Assembly (NCBI GenBank): GCA_963803435.1
Contig: CAWDML010000001.1
Coordinates: 800,001 to 864,000, forward strand
Source: an uncultured delta proteobacterium
GTDB taxonomy: Bacteria; Myxococcota; Kuafuiibacteriia; Kuafuiibacteriales; Kuafuiibacteriaceae
DNA length: 64,000 nt
Direction of reading: 5' to 3'
Shown: positions 18,372 to 29,468 of the stretch, one piece after another
Numbering within the stretch: position 1 is the first letter of the stretch
Layout of the letters: every line of letters starts with the position of its first letter
Program-made: the position numbers and the translations under genes
Notes under the pieces: generated by a model
What the model saw: only the letters and a program-made list of their open reading frames with translations
Database searches by the model: none
Told to the model about the DNA's origin: nothing

Positions 18372-19523
18372 TCAAGGACCGACCGACGGAAGGACCAGCG
18401 GGTCGCTCGGTACCGGCAGCAGGGGCGCCGTCGAGAGGTCCTCGGCCGGAACGGTGACCGGGGTCCCACCGTTCTGGACGACGATCTGCCACGCTCCATT
18501 GGCGGCGTCGACCTCGTTGGCGCCGAACACCACGTTCACGCCGGGCGCGTCGACGATCGCCTGCGCGCGCGCATTGTCGCGGAACGTCGCGCCCGCCACC
18601 GAGACATCACCCGACGAGTCGAGGAGCAGCAGCCCATCGCCGAGCTCGGCGTTGAGGCCGCCGGGAAGGACGGTGGTGCGCAGCGTCGTCCCTTCGATGG
18701 TGCCCGCGATCGAGACGCCGACCGAGTCGAGCACGAGCACGCCGATCCCGGCGTGACCGGAGACGTCGGTCGAGCCCTCCAGCGAGAGACCGGGCGCGGC
18801 GGCGCTGCCCCGGAGGCCCTGGGCCCAGACGCCGGCGGCCGTGCAGTCCCGGACGGTGGCGTCGCGGAGGGAGAGCCTGGTGTCGGCTCCGTCGGCGACG
18901 ACACCGTAGTCGCTGTCCGCCAGCTCGCCGCCCTCGATCTGGAGCGAACCGCCGTTTGCAACGTAACTTGCGCCGCCGCCGCTGAGGCCGGTGCTGGTGA
19001 CGTCCGCGATCATTCCGCCCACCACGCGGACGCGCGCGTGGTCCACGATCAGCCCGGAGCGCGCGCGCCGGATCTCGACCTGGTCCAGCGTGATCTGGCC
19101 GCGCAGGCAGCCCGGATCCTCGCAGCGGATCCCCACCGCGGCGTCCCCCGTGTCGAGCACCCGATCCTGTTGGAGCACGAAGTCGGCCGCGTCGATCAGG
19201 ATCCCGCGCGCCGGACCGGAGCTCACCGTGATCCCGTAGAGACCGCCGCCGTCGCCCGCCTGGATCACCGCCGGAGCACCGCCCGCGATCGTGGGGCCGG
19301 CGTTCGCCGCGGCGAGCAGGCGGACGCCGGCGGGCAACACGATCGGGCCGGCGTACCCGCCGTCCGCCAGCAAGATGCAGTCGCCCGCCCCCGCCGACGC
19401 GAGCGCCGACGAGAGCTCGGCGTCGTCGGCCGCCTCGAAGACGCTGGCGCACTCGACGTCGAACGGGACCTCGGGATCGCCGCAGGCGCACAGCATCAGC
19501 GGGAGGCAGGTCAGCGCGCGCAT
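18372..19523 (-). CDS. Right-handed beta-helix lipoprotein
   Basis: LCAC lipobox, GDCILLADGGY and parallel beta-helix repeats. Confidence 0.75.
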   Translation of the reverse strand: MRALTCLPLMLCACGDPEVPFDVECASVFEAADDAELSSALASAGAGDCILLADGGYAGPIVLPAGVRLLAAANAGPTIAGGAPAVIQAGDGGGLYGITVSSGPARGILIDAADFVLQQDRVLDTGDAAVGIRCEDPGCLRGQITLDQVEIRRARSGLIVDHARVRVVGGMIADVTSTGLSGGGASYVANGGSLQIEGGELADSDYGVVADGADTRLSLRDATVRDCTAAGVWAQGLRGSAAAPGLSLEGSTDVSGHAGIGVLVLDSVGVSIAGTIEGTTLRTTVLPGGLNAELGDGLLLLDSSGDVSVAGATFRDNARAQAIVDAPGVNVVFGANEVDAANGAWQIVVQNGGTPVTVPAEDLSTAPLLPVPSDPLVLPSVGP

Positions 19524-22500
19524 GGATGGTTCTCCGGAGGCGCCGCCGCCGTCAGCACACCCGATCGCCAGACGAGCGGAACCTCCTGCCACACCGATCG
19601 CAGGAGCATGCAGTAGTCCGGCGCGAACGTGTTGATCGCACCGCCGTAGGCGCCGAGCTCGCTGGCGAAGGAGATCCTCCGGTCGGCCGTCTCGATCAGC
19701 GACGCCGGGCCGTGCACGCGCGAGGCCGCCAGCTGGACGCCCCGCTCGACGTCCCAGATCCCCAGCGTGCCGTCGGCGAAGCCGGCGATCAGCACGCCCA
19801 TGGGCCCCACCTCGAGCCGCACCACCCTGCTGGCGGGAGTGCCCTCGAACCCGCGCGGCCGACCCGCCAGCTCGATCCCGCCGTCCGGATAGCCGAGGAC
19901 AACCTTGTTCAGGACGCGCGCGATGGCGATCGCGCCGCCGGGATACGGTTGCTCCTCCACCCGCCGGCCGTCGAGCTCGTAGCGCGCGATGCGATCGTCG
20001 CCGGCGACGATGATCGAGCTCTCGTCGGTACCGATCGCGCGGGCCGACGGCATCAGCTCCACCGGCGCGCCGGAGATGGGATAGAACGTGGCCCCCTTCG
20101 CCAGGCCGACGCAGCCGGTCTCGAGCGCGCGCACGTCGCGGATCCCTGGCACCTCGACCGACCACTTCGCGCTCGGCCCGTCCCACCACAGCGAGAGGTG
20201 CTCGTTGCGCTCGACCAGGCACGCGTGCGTCCGCGCGGTCGCGCCGATCATCGCGCGCCGGGCCGGCTTGGCCCACGGCGACTCCGGATCGATGGGGCCG
20301 CGGGCGTCGCGCCACCCCGAGCTCGTCGCCAGCTGTCCGCCGTCGAACAGCGAGGCCCACCAGTACGGGCTCCCATCCAGGTTCCAGACCCGGACCGTGC
20401 CATCGTCGCCCGCCGCCGCCACGCGCGCGCCGTCGGGCGCGAACCGGATCTCGTTGACCTCGCCGGTGTGTCCGGCGAGCCGGATCTTCTTCCCCTCCGA
20501 GGGCGTCCACAGGAACGCGCCGTCGGCGCCAGCGGAGGCGATATGCGATCCGCTGGGATCGATCGCGACCGAGTAGATGCGGCCCTCCTGGCGTCCGATC
20601 ACGGTGCTCTCGCCCGTCGGGAGCGTCCACGCGCGGATGGTGCCGTCGTAGCCCGCCGAGATCAGGCCGCCCTGAGGTCCGAACGCGACGGCCCAGACCT
20701 TGTCCCGGTGTCCCTCGAGCACCTTCAACGGCTTGCCGTTCGGGTTCCAGAGCCGGACCGTCTTGTCGGCGCCTGCGGAGGCGATGCGTCCGTCCTCGGC
20801 GAAGGCCACGTCGAACACCGCGCCTTGATGACCCGCGAGCACCGGGCCCTTTCCATCCGCGGTGAACAGCCGGACCAAGCCGTCGCCCCCCGCGGAGGCG
20901 ACGGTCCGTCCGTCGGGCGCCACCGCCACCGCGTAGACCACGCCCTCATGATCGTCGTAGGACGCCCGCTGCCGGCCGGTGGCCAGCTCGAGCAGCCGCA
21001 CGGATCCGCTCTGGGAGGCGGTGGCGAGCAAGCCCTTCCTCGCGGCGACGCCGTACACCGTGCCGCCGGCCACCAGCATCTCGTCGGCCGACTCGCCGTC
21101 GTCGCTCCAGGCCAGCACGCGGCGATCGTAGCCTCCCGAGATCACGCCGCGCTCGGTGAACGCGAGGGACGCGACCGCGTCGGTGTGGCCCTCGGTCGGC
21201 GGCGGCGACGCGTCGAGACGGTGGAGATCGAGCCTGCGATCGATCCCGCCGGAGAGCACCGCGTCTCCGGCTGCGGCCACGCCCCAGACCGTCCCCTCGT
21301 GACGGGCGATCACGCGGACGTCGCCGCTGAGCGGCTCGAGCAGACGAACGGATCCGTCCTGGCCGGCCGAGATCACCCGGCCCCGCTGATCGAACGCGAG
21401 GCGCATGATCAACCCGGGGTGCACGGGGAAGCGCTTGGAGGTCTCCTCGTCGAAGAGCAGGACGTCGCCCTCCTCCGTGGCGACCGCAAGCTTCCCTTTG
21501 GACGAGATCGCCACCGCGGACACATGGGGAACCTCGATCGCATGCATCTCCTGGAGCGTCCTCGGATCGAGGAGCAGCACCAGATCGGCGGACGCCACCG
21601 CGATCGAGTCGTCGGAGATCGCGGCGTCGCGCGCGGCCGGTCCGTTGCGCTCGAGATCGTCGGTGAGGCGCCGGACCGTCCCACCGGTCGTCACCATCAC
21701 CAGGCCCTCGTGCGTGAAGCCGAGCCCGACCACGCGTTCTCCGCCGGGCACCATCACGCGCGACGTTCCGGCCGCCAGATCCCAGAGCCGCACCTCGCCC
21801 GACCACCCGCTCGAGGCGAGACGTCCGTCGGGGGCGAACGCCAGCCGCATCACCTGATCGCCGTGTCCGCGCAGGCTGGTCGAGGACAGCAGCGTGGTAT
21901 CGAAGATGCGGATGGTCCGATCCTGTCCGGCGGCCGCGTAGCGATCGAGCGCGGGGGAGACGGCCACGTCGAACAGCCCGGTCCCGAGGGAGCGCTCCCA
22001 GATCAGCGGGTCGCTCTCCATCCTCCACCACAGCAGGCGCGCCAGCGCCGAGTCCGAGATCTCGAGGGCGCTGCGGAGCTTGGCCTTGGCCTCGAGATGA
22101 CGTTTCCGCTCGACCGAGGCCCGAGCGCTCTCGATCAGCGCCACCGAGCTCTCCGCCTCCGCACGATCGTGATCGGCGCGCGCCTTGGCCGCGCCGTCCA
22201 TCGCGATCGCCGCGAAGCCGCCCGCCAGGGCCGCCGAGAAGAAGGCGATCGCGATCGCGATCATCAACCGGCTCCGCCGCCTCTGCTCGAGCTCGTGGGC
22301 CCGGAGCGCCGAGGCCGAGAGGAACCGTGCGGCACCCGGCGCGATCGGAAAGCCGCGACGATCGATCGCCTGCTGCGCCTCGTCCAGGCGCGTGCCGTCC
22401 CAGAGCGCCTCCTGCCGTCCGCCGCGGTCCTTCCAGCGCGCGGCCGCCTCCTCCAGCTCGATCACCACCTTGACGGCGGGATCCTCCTCGAGGCGCTGGA

Positions 22501-23536
22501 GCCGGACCAGCACGTTCTGCGCGGTGGGGCGCGCGCTCGGATCCTTGGCGAGACAGGCACCGACCAGCGTCCGGAGCTCCTTCGGGACCGGCGCGTCCAC
22601 CGGGAGCGCCGGGGCCGGTCCGGCCTCGCATACCTGAAGCGCGTACGAGATCGCCGACGTCTCGCGGTACGGCCGGTCGCCCGCGATCATCTCGTAGAGG
22701 ATCACGCCGAGCGCCCAGAGGTCTGCGGGTGCGCCGGCGTCCGTGCCGCGCCACTGCTCGGGGGCCATGTAGCCCGGCGTGCCCCTGATCCCCTGGGCGG
22801 CCGATCGCGTGATCATGGGGTCGCCGTCGGGCACCAGGATCTTGGCCAGGCCGAAGTCGAGCACCCGGACCCGGCCGTCGTCGCCGAAGAGGATGTTCTG
22901 CGGCTTGAGATCCCGGTGAAAGACCTGGTGATGGTGGGCCTCGGCGAGCGCCTCGGCGATCGCCTTCGCGATCTGGAGGGCGCGCCCGAGCGAGAGCGGG
23001 CCCCGATCGAGCGCGGTCCGCAGCGACTCGCCGCCGAGATACTCGAGCGCCAGATAGGGATGGTCCGCGTGCTCGCCGACGGAGTGGATCGCGACGATGT
23101 TCGGGTGCGCGAAGCGGGCGGTGGCGCGCGCCTCCACCAGGAAGCGCTGGTGCGCCTCCTCGGACGCGACCAGGGCCGGAGAGATCAGCTTGAGCGCGAC
23201 GCTGCGCTCGAGCTTCGTGTCCCACGCCAGGTAGACCTCGCCCATGCCGCCCCGCCCGAGGGACCGTTCGATGCGGAAGTGATCGACCATGTCGCCTTGG
23301 ACCAGCGCCTCCTTCTCGGCCGGATCGGGCGCCGGGAGGCTCCCCTCCTCCGCTGCAACCGCCAGCAGCATCCGGCAGGCGGCGCAGCCGTCGAGGTGCG
23401 CCTCGATCCTCCGCACCTCGAGGGCCCCCGCGCGCCAATCGAGGTAGGCGAGGACCTGCTCCTCGTCGAGGCACCGCAACGGACCCTCGTCGGAGGGACG
23501 CAGGACGGTGTCGGCGGTCGCGCTCTTTTCCGTCAT
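19511..23536 (-). CDS. zf-HC2-like N-terminus + Ser/Thr kinase + TM + WD40 repeats
   Basis: HLDGCAAC, GRGGMGEVY, HRDLKPQN, DFG, many GH...W/WD repeats. Confidence 0.92.
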   Translation of the reverse strand: MTEKSATADTVLRPSDEGPLRCLDEEQVLAYLDWRAGALEVRRIEAHLDGCAACRMLLAVAAEEGSLPAPDPAEKEALVQGDMVDHFRIERSLGRGGMGEVYLAWDTKLERSVALKLISPALVASEEAHQRFLVEARATARFAHPNIVAIHSVGEHADHPYLALEYLGGESLRTALDRGPLSLGRALQIAKAIAEALAEAHHHQVFHRDLKPQNILFGDDGRVRVLDFGLAKILVPDGDPMITRSAAQGIRGTPGYMAPEQWRGTDAGAPADLWALGVILYEMIAGDRPYRETSAISYALQVCEAGPAPALPVDAPVPKELRTLVGACLAKDPSARPTAQNVLVRLQRLEEDPAVKVVIELEEAAARWKDRGGRQEALWDGTRLDEAQQAIDRRGFPIAPGAARFLSASALRAHELEQRRRSRLMIAIAIAFFSAALAGGFAAIAMDGAAKARADHDRAEAESSVALIESARASVERKRHLEAKAKLRSALEISDSALARLLWWRMESDPLIWERSLGTGLFDVAVSPALDRYAAAGQDRTIRIFDTTLLSSTSLRGHGDQVMRLAFAPDGRLASSGWSGEVRLWDLAAGTSRVMVPGGERVVGLGFTHEGLVMVTTGGTVRRLTDDLERNGPAARDAAISDDSIAVASADLVLLLDPRTLQEMHAIEVPHVSAVAISSKGKLAVATEEGDVLLFDEETSKRFPVHPGLIMRLAFDQRGRVISAGQDGSVRLLEPLSGDVRVIARHEGTVWGVAAAGDAVLSGGIDRRLDLHRLDASPPPTEGHTDAVASLAFTERGVISGGYDRRVLAWSDDGESADEMLVAGGTVYGVAARKGLLATASQSGSVRLLELATGRQRASYDDHEGVVYAVAVAPDGRTVASAGGDGLVRLFTADGKGPVLAGHQGAVFDVAFAEDGRIASAGADKTVRLWNPNGKPLKVLEGHRDKVWAVAFGPQGGLISAGYDGTIRAWTLPTGESTVIGRQEGRIYSVAIDPSGSHIASAGADGAFLWTPSEGKKIRLAGHTGEVNEIRFAPDGARVAAAGDDGTVRVWNLDGSPYWWASLFDGGQLATSSGWRDARGPIDPESPWAKPARRAMIGATARTHACLVERNEHLSLWWDGPSAKWSVEVPGIRDVRALETGCVGLAKGATFYPISGAPVELMPSARAIGTDESSIIVAGDDRIARYELDGRRVEEQPYPGGAIAIARVLNKVVLGYPDGGIELAGRPRGFEGTPASRVVRLEVGPMGVLIAGFADGTLGIWDVERGVQLAASRVHGPASLIETADRRISFASELGAYGGAINTFAPDYCMLLRSVWQEVPLVWRSGVLTAAAPPENHPCAR

Positions 23537-24231
23537 GTCTCTCCCTCGGTCCGGAGGAGGCGGCTCAGGGAGACGTCGAGCTGGCTCTGGATCAGGCGCA
23601 TGATGCTGTCGAACTCCGCCCGGTCGACCTCGATCTTGTCCATCAGGATCTCGCGGGTGCGGACCAGGAGGGTGTCCCGCACGCCGGCGATCCAGCGTGC
23701 AACGGTGGCGCGATGCACCCCGTAGACCGCGCCGATCTGATCGATGTTGCGCCCGTCGAGCACATGGTACTTCAGGACCGTGCGCTCCTTCGGCCCGAGC
23801 GCAGCGATCGACTGCTCGAACGCGGCCTTGAACTCCGCGGCGTAGAGATCCTTGAGGTACGCGAGCTCCGGGTCGACGCCGCCTGCGAGCGCCTGCGCCA
23901 GCGCGACCTCCTCGACGGGGACCTCCTTGCTCTCCCGCCGGAGCAGGCTGATCGCCTCCCGGGTGGCGGCCACCCGGATCCAGCGGCCGAGATCGCCCTG
24001 CCCCGTGTACGACGCGATCTTGGGAGGCACGCCGTCACCCACGAAGAGCTTCTGCCGCAGGCGCTGCTTGACCTCGTCCGCCAGAGCATGACCGCCCTCG
24101 AAGCGCGCGAGGAGGCGATCGAGCGCCACGAAGTACCTCGCCTCGACGCTGGCGATCGCGTCCACATCGCCGCGTGCGCATCTTCTGGCGAGCTCGAGGT
24201 CGGCGCTCGTGCTCTGGTCGCCGCCGCCCAT
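23533..24231 (-). CDS. ECF-type sigma-70 factor (myxobacterial kinase-associated type)
   Basis: DLELARRC..GD..A, YTGQGDL..W, IDQIGAVYGVHRATVARW HTH; ATGA overlap with the kinase. Confidence 0.85.
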   Translation of the reverse strand: MGGGDQSTSADLELARRCARGDVDAIASVEARYFVALDRLLARFEGGHALADEVKQRLRQKLFVGDGVPPKIASYTGQGDLGRWIRVAATREAISLLRRESKEVPVEEVALAQALAGGVDPELAYLKDLYAAEFKAAFEQSIAALGPKERTVLKYHVLDGRNIDQIGAVYGVHRATVARWIAGVRDTLLVRTREILMDKIEVDRAEFDSIMRLIQSQLDVSLSRLLRTEGET

Positions 24232-24283
24232 CTCGGCCGCGATACTCCGGAAGGTGGGAAAATGCACCCGAAAGTGCACGTAG

Positions 24284-25015
24284 ATGGTCGCGGCGGAACA
24301 GCGTAAGACGGGTTCGATGGCTCCCCTGACCGGAGGCACGCTCTCCATAGACGTCGGCGGTACGGGCGTGAAGATGTTGGTGCTCGACACCAAGGGCACG
24401 CCGCTGAGCGAGCGCGCCCGTGTCGAGACGCCCCGGCCCGCCACTCCGCTCGCGATCGTGCAGACGATCGTCGAGCTGGCCAAGAAACAGCCGCCCTACG
24501 AGCGGGTCTCCGTCGGCTTCCCGGGCGTGGTGGTGGAAGGCGTCGTGCGCACGGCGCCCAACCTCGACGGCGACTGGGCCAGCTTCACCCTGGCGCTTCA
24601 GCTGCAAGAGCAGTTGCGGCGCCCGGTCCGCGCGGCCAACGACGCCGATGTCCAGGGTCTCGGCGCGGTCGAGGGCCGCGGCGTCGAGATGGTGCTCACG
24701 CTCGGCACGGGCCTCGGGTCCGCCCTCTTCATCGACGGCGTGCTGGTCCCCAACCTCGAGCTCGGCCACCACCCGTTCCACCACGGCAAGAGCTACGAGG
24801 ACTATGTCGACAATCGGGCGCTGGAGAAGATCGGGAAGAAGAAGTGGAGCAAGCGCGTCCTTCGCGTGATCGATCAGATCCAGCCGGTGTGGAACTGCCG
24901 CCTGATCCACCTGGGCGGGGGCAACGCCAAGAAGCTGGAGGCGGAGCTCCCAGGCTTCGTCCGGATCGTCTCCAACATCGCCGGCCTGCTCGGCGGCATC
25001 CATCTGTGGCGCTGA
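24284..25015 (+). CDS. ppgK: ROK-family polyphosphate glucokinase
   Basis: IDVGGTGVK, GFPG, NDAD, TLGTGLGSALF..G.LVPNLELGH. Confidence 0.85.
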   Translation: MVAAEQRKTGSMAPLTGGTLSIDVGGTGVKMLVLDTKGTPLSERARVETPRPATPLAIVQTIVELAKKQPPYERVSVGFPGVVVEGVVRTAPNLDGDWASFTLALQLQEQLRRPVRAANDADVQGLGAVEGRGVEMVLTLGTGLGSALFIDGVLVPNLELGHHPFHHGKSYEDYVDNRALEKIGKKKWSKRVLRVIDQIQPVWNCRLIHLGGGNAKKLEAELPGFVRIVSNIAGLLGGIHLWR

Positions 25016-25030
25016 ACGAGGGGCTCTGGT

Positions 25031-26111
25031 TCAAAGCCCCAACGTCTCGACCTGCTCGCGGTGGATCGCCCGCCACGACTCGACGCTCGCGACGTCCGCA
25101 CGCGCCTCCACGCTCTCGCCGTCGGCGTGGGCGAGGCGATCGGCGATGTACACCGCCTCCGGGACGCCCAGCGAGTCGAGGCGCTCGAGCGGCTGCTCCT
25201 GCCAGGCCACCGCCTCCACGATCCGCGCCGGCAGGCCCCAAAGGCCCAGGAGATAAGCGCCGACGTGGGCGTGAGGGGAGAGCTCGTCTCGCCGCGCATT
25301 GCCCGCGAGCACCAGCGCGCCGATCCCGTGCAGCAACCCGGCGACGAACGCGTCCTCGGCGGCGGGGCGTGCGGTGAGGATGCGGCTCGCGACCTTGCCG
25401 ACCAGCAGGCCGTGAATGCGGACCGCCTCGACCTCGACCCGGTCCATGCTTCCACACTCGAAGACGCCCGCGGTCAAAACCAAGTTCTTCAACATCTCGA
25501 CGCCCAGATACGCGACGGCGTCCCGCATGCTCGAGATTCTGACGGCCCAGACCGAAGAAGGCCGAGTTGGCGAGCTGGAGCGTCTTCGCAGACATCGCCA
25601 CGTCCGTCTCCATCAGCTCCACGTAGTCCTTGACGCCGCGATCGGGATCGTCCGCCAGCGTGACCAGCCGTTGGTAGAGCTCCGGGGGTGAGGGGAGCTT
25701 CGCCAGCCCGGCTACCACGCTCCGCAGGTGCTCGTCGTGCAAGAGCGCCTGGAGCTCGAGCGCTCGGTTCACCGTGCTGATCAACTTGCCGGGCTCGCAC
25801 GGCTTGCTCAGGAACTGGTGCGCCACCGGGAGCACGCGGAGCGCGCCTTCCAACTCGGTGTGCCCCGAGAGCACGATCCGGACGGCCTCGGGATAGCGCT
25901 CCTTGACCGTCGCCAGCAGCTGCGCGCCGTCCTTCCCCGGCATCCGCATGTCGGTGACCACCACGTCGGCCGGCTCCTTCTCCAGCGCTTCGAGCGCCTG
26001 GTCGGCGCCCTCTGCGAAACGCATGCTCCACTCGCGACGTTTCGACCGCATCAGGTTGCGCAAGCCGTCCAGGACGCGACGCTCGTCGTCGACGAAGAGG
26101 ATCCGCTTCAT
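25031..26111 (-). CDS. Response regulator with HDOD domain (single-base frameshift near 25537)
   Basis: FVDDE, TDMRMP, LSKP; LPSPP...ANSAFFG / GLLHGIG are split across two frames. Confidence 0.88.
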
Positions 26112-27207
26112 GCCGCGGCCTCGGACGAGCGCGACAGGTCCAGCGGGAGCCGGATGTAGAACGTGGTGCCACGGCCGACGATCGATTCGAACGTGAGCGA
26201 GCCGCCGTGTTGCTCGACCACGATGTTGCGCGCGATCGCCAGCCCCTGGCCGGTGCCGCGCCCCACCTCCTTCGTGGTGAAGAAGGGCTCGAAGATCCGG
26301 GTCTGGATGTCCTCCGGGATCCCTCCGCCCGTGTCCGAGATCTCGACGATCGCCTCATCGCCCTCGCAGTAGCTCTTGACGCGGATCGTCCCGCGGGACT
26401 TCGTGCTCGGCCCACCCGAGTCCTCGATGGCCTGCGCGGCGTTGACGATCAGGTTCAGGAACACCTGGTTCAGCGAGCTGAGATGGCAAACCACGGGCGG
26501 GACCTCGCCGAGCTCCACCTCCACGTCGGCGACGTACTTGTACTCGTTGCGCGTCACGGTCAGCGTCGACCGCAGGGCTTCATTCAGATCCATCGCATCC
26601 TTCTTGGCGCGCTCCGGATGCGCAAACGTCTTCATGGCCTTGACGATGTCGGCGACCCTCCGGATGCCCTCGTGCGCGCGGGAGACGGCCTCCGGACCCT
26701 CCTGTTGTTGGTACTCGATGTCCGCGAGGTCGCGCGCCTCCTCGAGCGCGGCCCTCTGCTCTTCGGAGAGCGCGGCCTCGTACGTCTGGATGAGCGCGAA
26801 CGCGCTGCTGAGACAGGACTCGAGGAAGTACAGGCTGTCCCCCACGTACTGAATGGGCGTGTTGATCTCGTGCGCGATGCCCGCCGCCAGGCGTCCCACC
26901 GCTTCCAGCTTCTGGGCCTGCCGCAGCTCGAGCTCGACCTTCTTGCGCTCCTCGACCTCGACCCGAAGCTCGTTGAGCACGCCCTCGAGCTCGACCGAGC
27001 GCTGCTCCAGATTGGCGTTGAGCTGGTGCATCTCGCGGGACGCCAATCGAAGGAGCGCTCGGAGGTGTAGCGATCGTTGTCGGCGTCGGTGTAGGTCCGT
27101 ACGACGGTGTCGAGGAAGACGCGCCACTGTTCCGGGGAGGTCGGGCCTCGATCGGGATCGATCCCCGCATGTCGGAGCTGGCGGCGCGCCAAGGAGTGCA
27201 CGATCAT
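26108..27207 (-). CDS. Sensor histidine kinase (frameshift near 27045)
   Basis: AHEINTP, NLIVNA, DTGGG, FFTTK, GTGQGL; the N-terminus is in another frame. Confidence 0.9.
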
Positions 27208-28334
27208 CCCTCGCTGATCGTCGTGAGGGTCATCGTCTGGTTGTGGAGCTCGCACTTCCCGACGCCGTAGGGCGACAGCTCGCCGTAGGAGTAGAACCCG
27301 ATCTGCTGCGTTCCTGCGGGGAGCACGTCGAGGATCGCCTCCGTCTCCTCCTCGCTTCGCTGTCCCAGGACGAGCCGGCGGCCGACGCAGCTGATCGCGA
27401 TCGAGAGGCACGGACCGCTCATCTCCGCCCCGCCGAGCCTCGCCGCCTCGGACGCGCCTTCGACCAACCGATCGAAGTTCGCCCGCATCAGCTGAGCGAG
27501 CCAGCCCTGCGGGAGGTCGCCGGCGAACGTCATCGACTGCGCCTCCTCGCTCACGGACAACACGGTCCGCACCAGGCTACTCTTCGCGTCGCGGCTCTCA
27601 CGGATCTCCAGCGGAAAGAGCAGCGCCGTCGCCGGGAGACCGGAAGCACGCTCGCCGAGGTACTCCTTGTAGAGCTCCAGCGCGGGCTTGCCGTCCAGCT
27701 CGAAGAGCACGTTCCCCTCGGAGCGAGTGATCGATCGCTCCGGGCCGAACAGGTCCCATCCACCCTTCGAACCATGACCGACGCGGACCGAGTCGCCGTA
27801 CAGTCCGACCGCGCTCACGATGTTCAATCTCGGCACACCGCCGTCGAGGACCCAGGTGCGCTGAAAGCGGGGCCCGTCCCCGGCCAGCCCCCCGGTGACC
27901 ACCACCGAGTCGGGGAGCACCGAGTTGATCCCGCGCGCCAGCTCGCTGCCGTTGACGGCCAGGCCCTCGCTCAGCAACGTCACCGCGCGCAGGTCGGGAG
28001 CGGCGAGCGCAGCGCCGATCCTCGCGCCGGCGTCGAACGACCCGGAGGCGGAGGCCACCGGGAACGCCGCCGACCGCACCTGCGTCCGCTCGAACCGAAC
28101 CACCGCGAGCGCCAGGCTGTCGTCGAAGACCCGCGTTCCGAAGATCTCACCGGCCGTGGAGCATCCGACCAGCGTCGAGCGCGGGAGCGCCTCCCGGATG
28201 GCCTCGAAGGGCTGCCTCCGATCCGCAAACCCGGGTGATCCGAACACGATCGCCAGCGTCTGCTCGGAGTCGAGCGCCGCGGGGATGGGATCGTCCCACC
28301 GTTCGCTCAGGAACGCGCGCGTCTCGAGCTTCAT
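27204..28334 (-). CDS. FIST-domain (NosP-like) sensor protein
   Basis: GCSTAGEI, GGLAGD, ELDGKPA, SCVGR, GFYSYGE. Confidence 0.93.
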   Translation of the reverse strand: MKLETRAFLSERWDDPIPAALDSEQTLAIVFGSPGFADRRQPFEAIREALPRSTLVGCSTAGEIFGTRVFDDSLALAVVRFERTQVRSAAFPVASASGSFDAGARIGAALAAPDLRAVTLLSEGLAVNGSELARGINSVLPDSVVVTGGLAGDGPRFQRTWVLDGGVPRLNIVSAVGLYGDSVRVGHGSKGGWDLFGPERSITRSEGNVLFELDGKPALELYKEYLGERASGLPATALLFPLEIRESRDAKSSLVRTVLSVSEEAQSMTFAGDLPQGWLAQLMRANFDRLVEGASEAARLGGAEMSGPCLSIAISCVGRRLVLGQRSEEETEAILDVLPAGTQQIGFYSYGELSPYGVGKCELHNQTMTLTTISEG

Positions 28335-28417
28335 CCATTTCGATATCGGTCACACTCGCCACACCTTGAGCCCGGTCGCTCATGTCGGGTGTGCGCCGGC
28401 GCGGACCGGAGTCGGCT

Positions 28418-29374
28418 TCACTTCGCCGACGGGCGACTCTGCTCGACGATCGTGCCGGAGCGACCGGAGAGCGCGGCCTCCAGAGTCGCCGGATCACACA
28501 CGATCGAGCGGCGCCCGATCTTCGATTCGGCGAAGATCGCGGCGGCCTCCATCTTCGGCGCCATGCTGCCGGGGGGGAACTGGCCCTCGGCGAGCAGACG
28601 GCGCACCTCCGCCGGGGTCGCGCGCGGCAGCGGGCGTTGGGTCGGCTTACCGAAGTCGACGTACGCGCACGGCACGCCGGTGAGAATGACCAGCAGCTCG
28701 GCGTTGACCCGATCGGCGAGCAGCGCCGACGTGAAGTCCTTGTCGATCACCGCCTCGACGCCGCGCAGCCCGTCGTGCTGCCGCACCACCGGGATCCCGC
28801 CGCCCCCAGCCGCGATCACCAGCACGCCGAGCGAGAGCAGCGCCTCGATCACGCTGGCCTCGATCACCTCGAGCGGTCTCGGCGAGGGGACGACACGCCG
28901 GTAGCCCCGGCCAGAGTCCTCGACCACGGGCAGGCCCTCGCGCTCGAGCCGTCTCGCCTCGGCTTCTTCGAGGAACGGTCCGATCGGTTTGGTCGGCCGA
29001 TCGAAGGCCGGGTCGTCCGGATCGACCTCGACCTGCGTGATGACACCCGCCACCTGGCGATCGATCCCGAGCTCCGAGAGCAGGTTGTACATCGTCTGCT
29101 GGATGACGTAGCCGAGCTCGCCCTCCGACTCCGCGACACAGACCTCGAGCGGCAGGTTGTACGCGGAGCCCAGCGCGTTCTCGACCCGGATCAACATGTG
29201 GCCGACCTGTGGTCCGTTCCCGTGGCCGATCAACAGCTGATAGTCGTGGCTGAGCAGAGGGATCAGCTGGCGCAAGGCAACTTGCGCGAACTCGAACTGT
29301 CCCTCCATGGTCAGATGCCCCCCGGGAGGGACGAACGCATTGCCGCCCAGGCAGGTCACCACGCGGGTCGCCAT
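28418..29374 (-). CDS. arcC: Carbamate kinase
   Basis: LGGNA, HGNGPQVG, PTKPIGP, GYRRVVPSP, AVIDKD, GSMAPK. Confidence 0.96.
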   Translation of the reverse strand: MATRVVTCLGGNAFVPPGGHLTMEGQFEFAQVALRQLIPLLSHDYQLLIGHGNGPQVGHMLIRVENALGSAYNLPLEVCVAESEGELGYVIQQTMYNLLSELGIDRQVAGVITQVEVDPDDPAFDRPTKPIGPFLEEAEARRLEREGLPVVEDSGRGYRRVVPSPRPLEVIEASVIEALLSLGVLVIAAGGGGIPVVRQHDGLRGVEAVIDKDFTSALLADRVNAELLVILTGVPCAYVDFGKPTQRPLPRATPAEVRRLLAEGQFPPGSMAPKMEAAAIFAESKIGRRSIVCDPATLEAALSGRSGTIVEQSRPSAK

Positions 29375-29468
29375 CACGCTTCCGGGAGAGCGCATCTGGC
29401 CTGGTGCGTGTGCGGGGGTCAAGCAGACGCTCAATTGACGCGCTGTTCGGGCGAGGTATGCTCCGGCC

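Noticed and set aside
25031-27207. Programmed frameshifting or true pseudogenes in the signalling operon
   Set aside because: There are no slippery sequences, and single indels at GATC are better explained as sequencing error.
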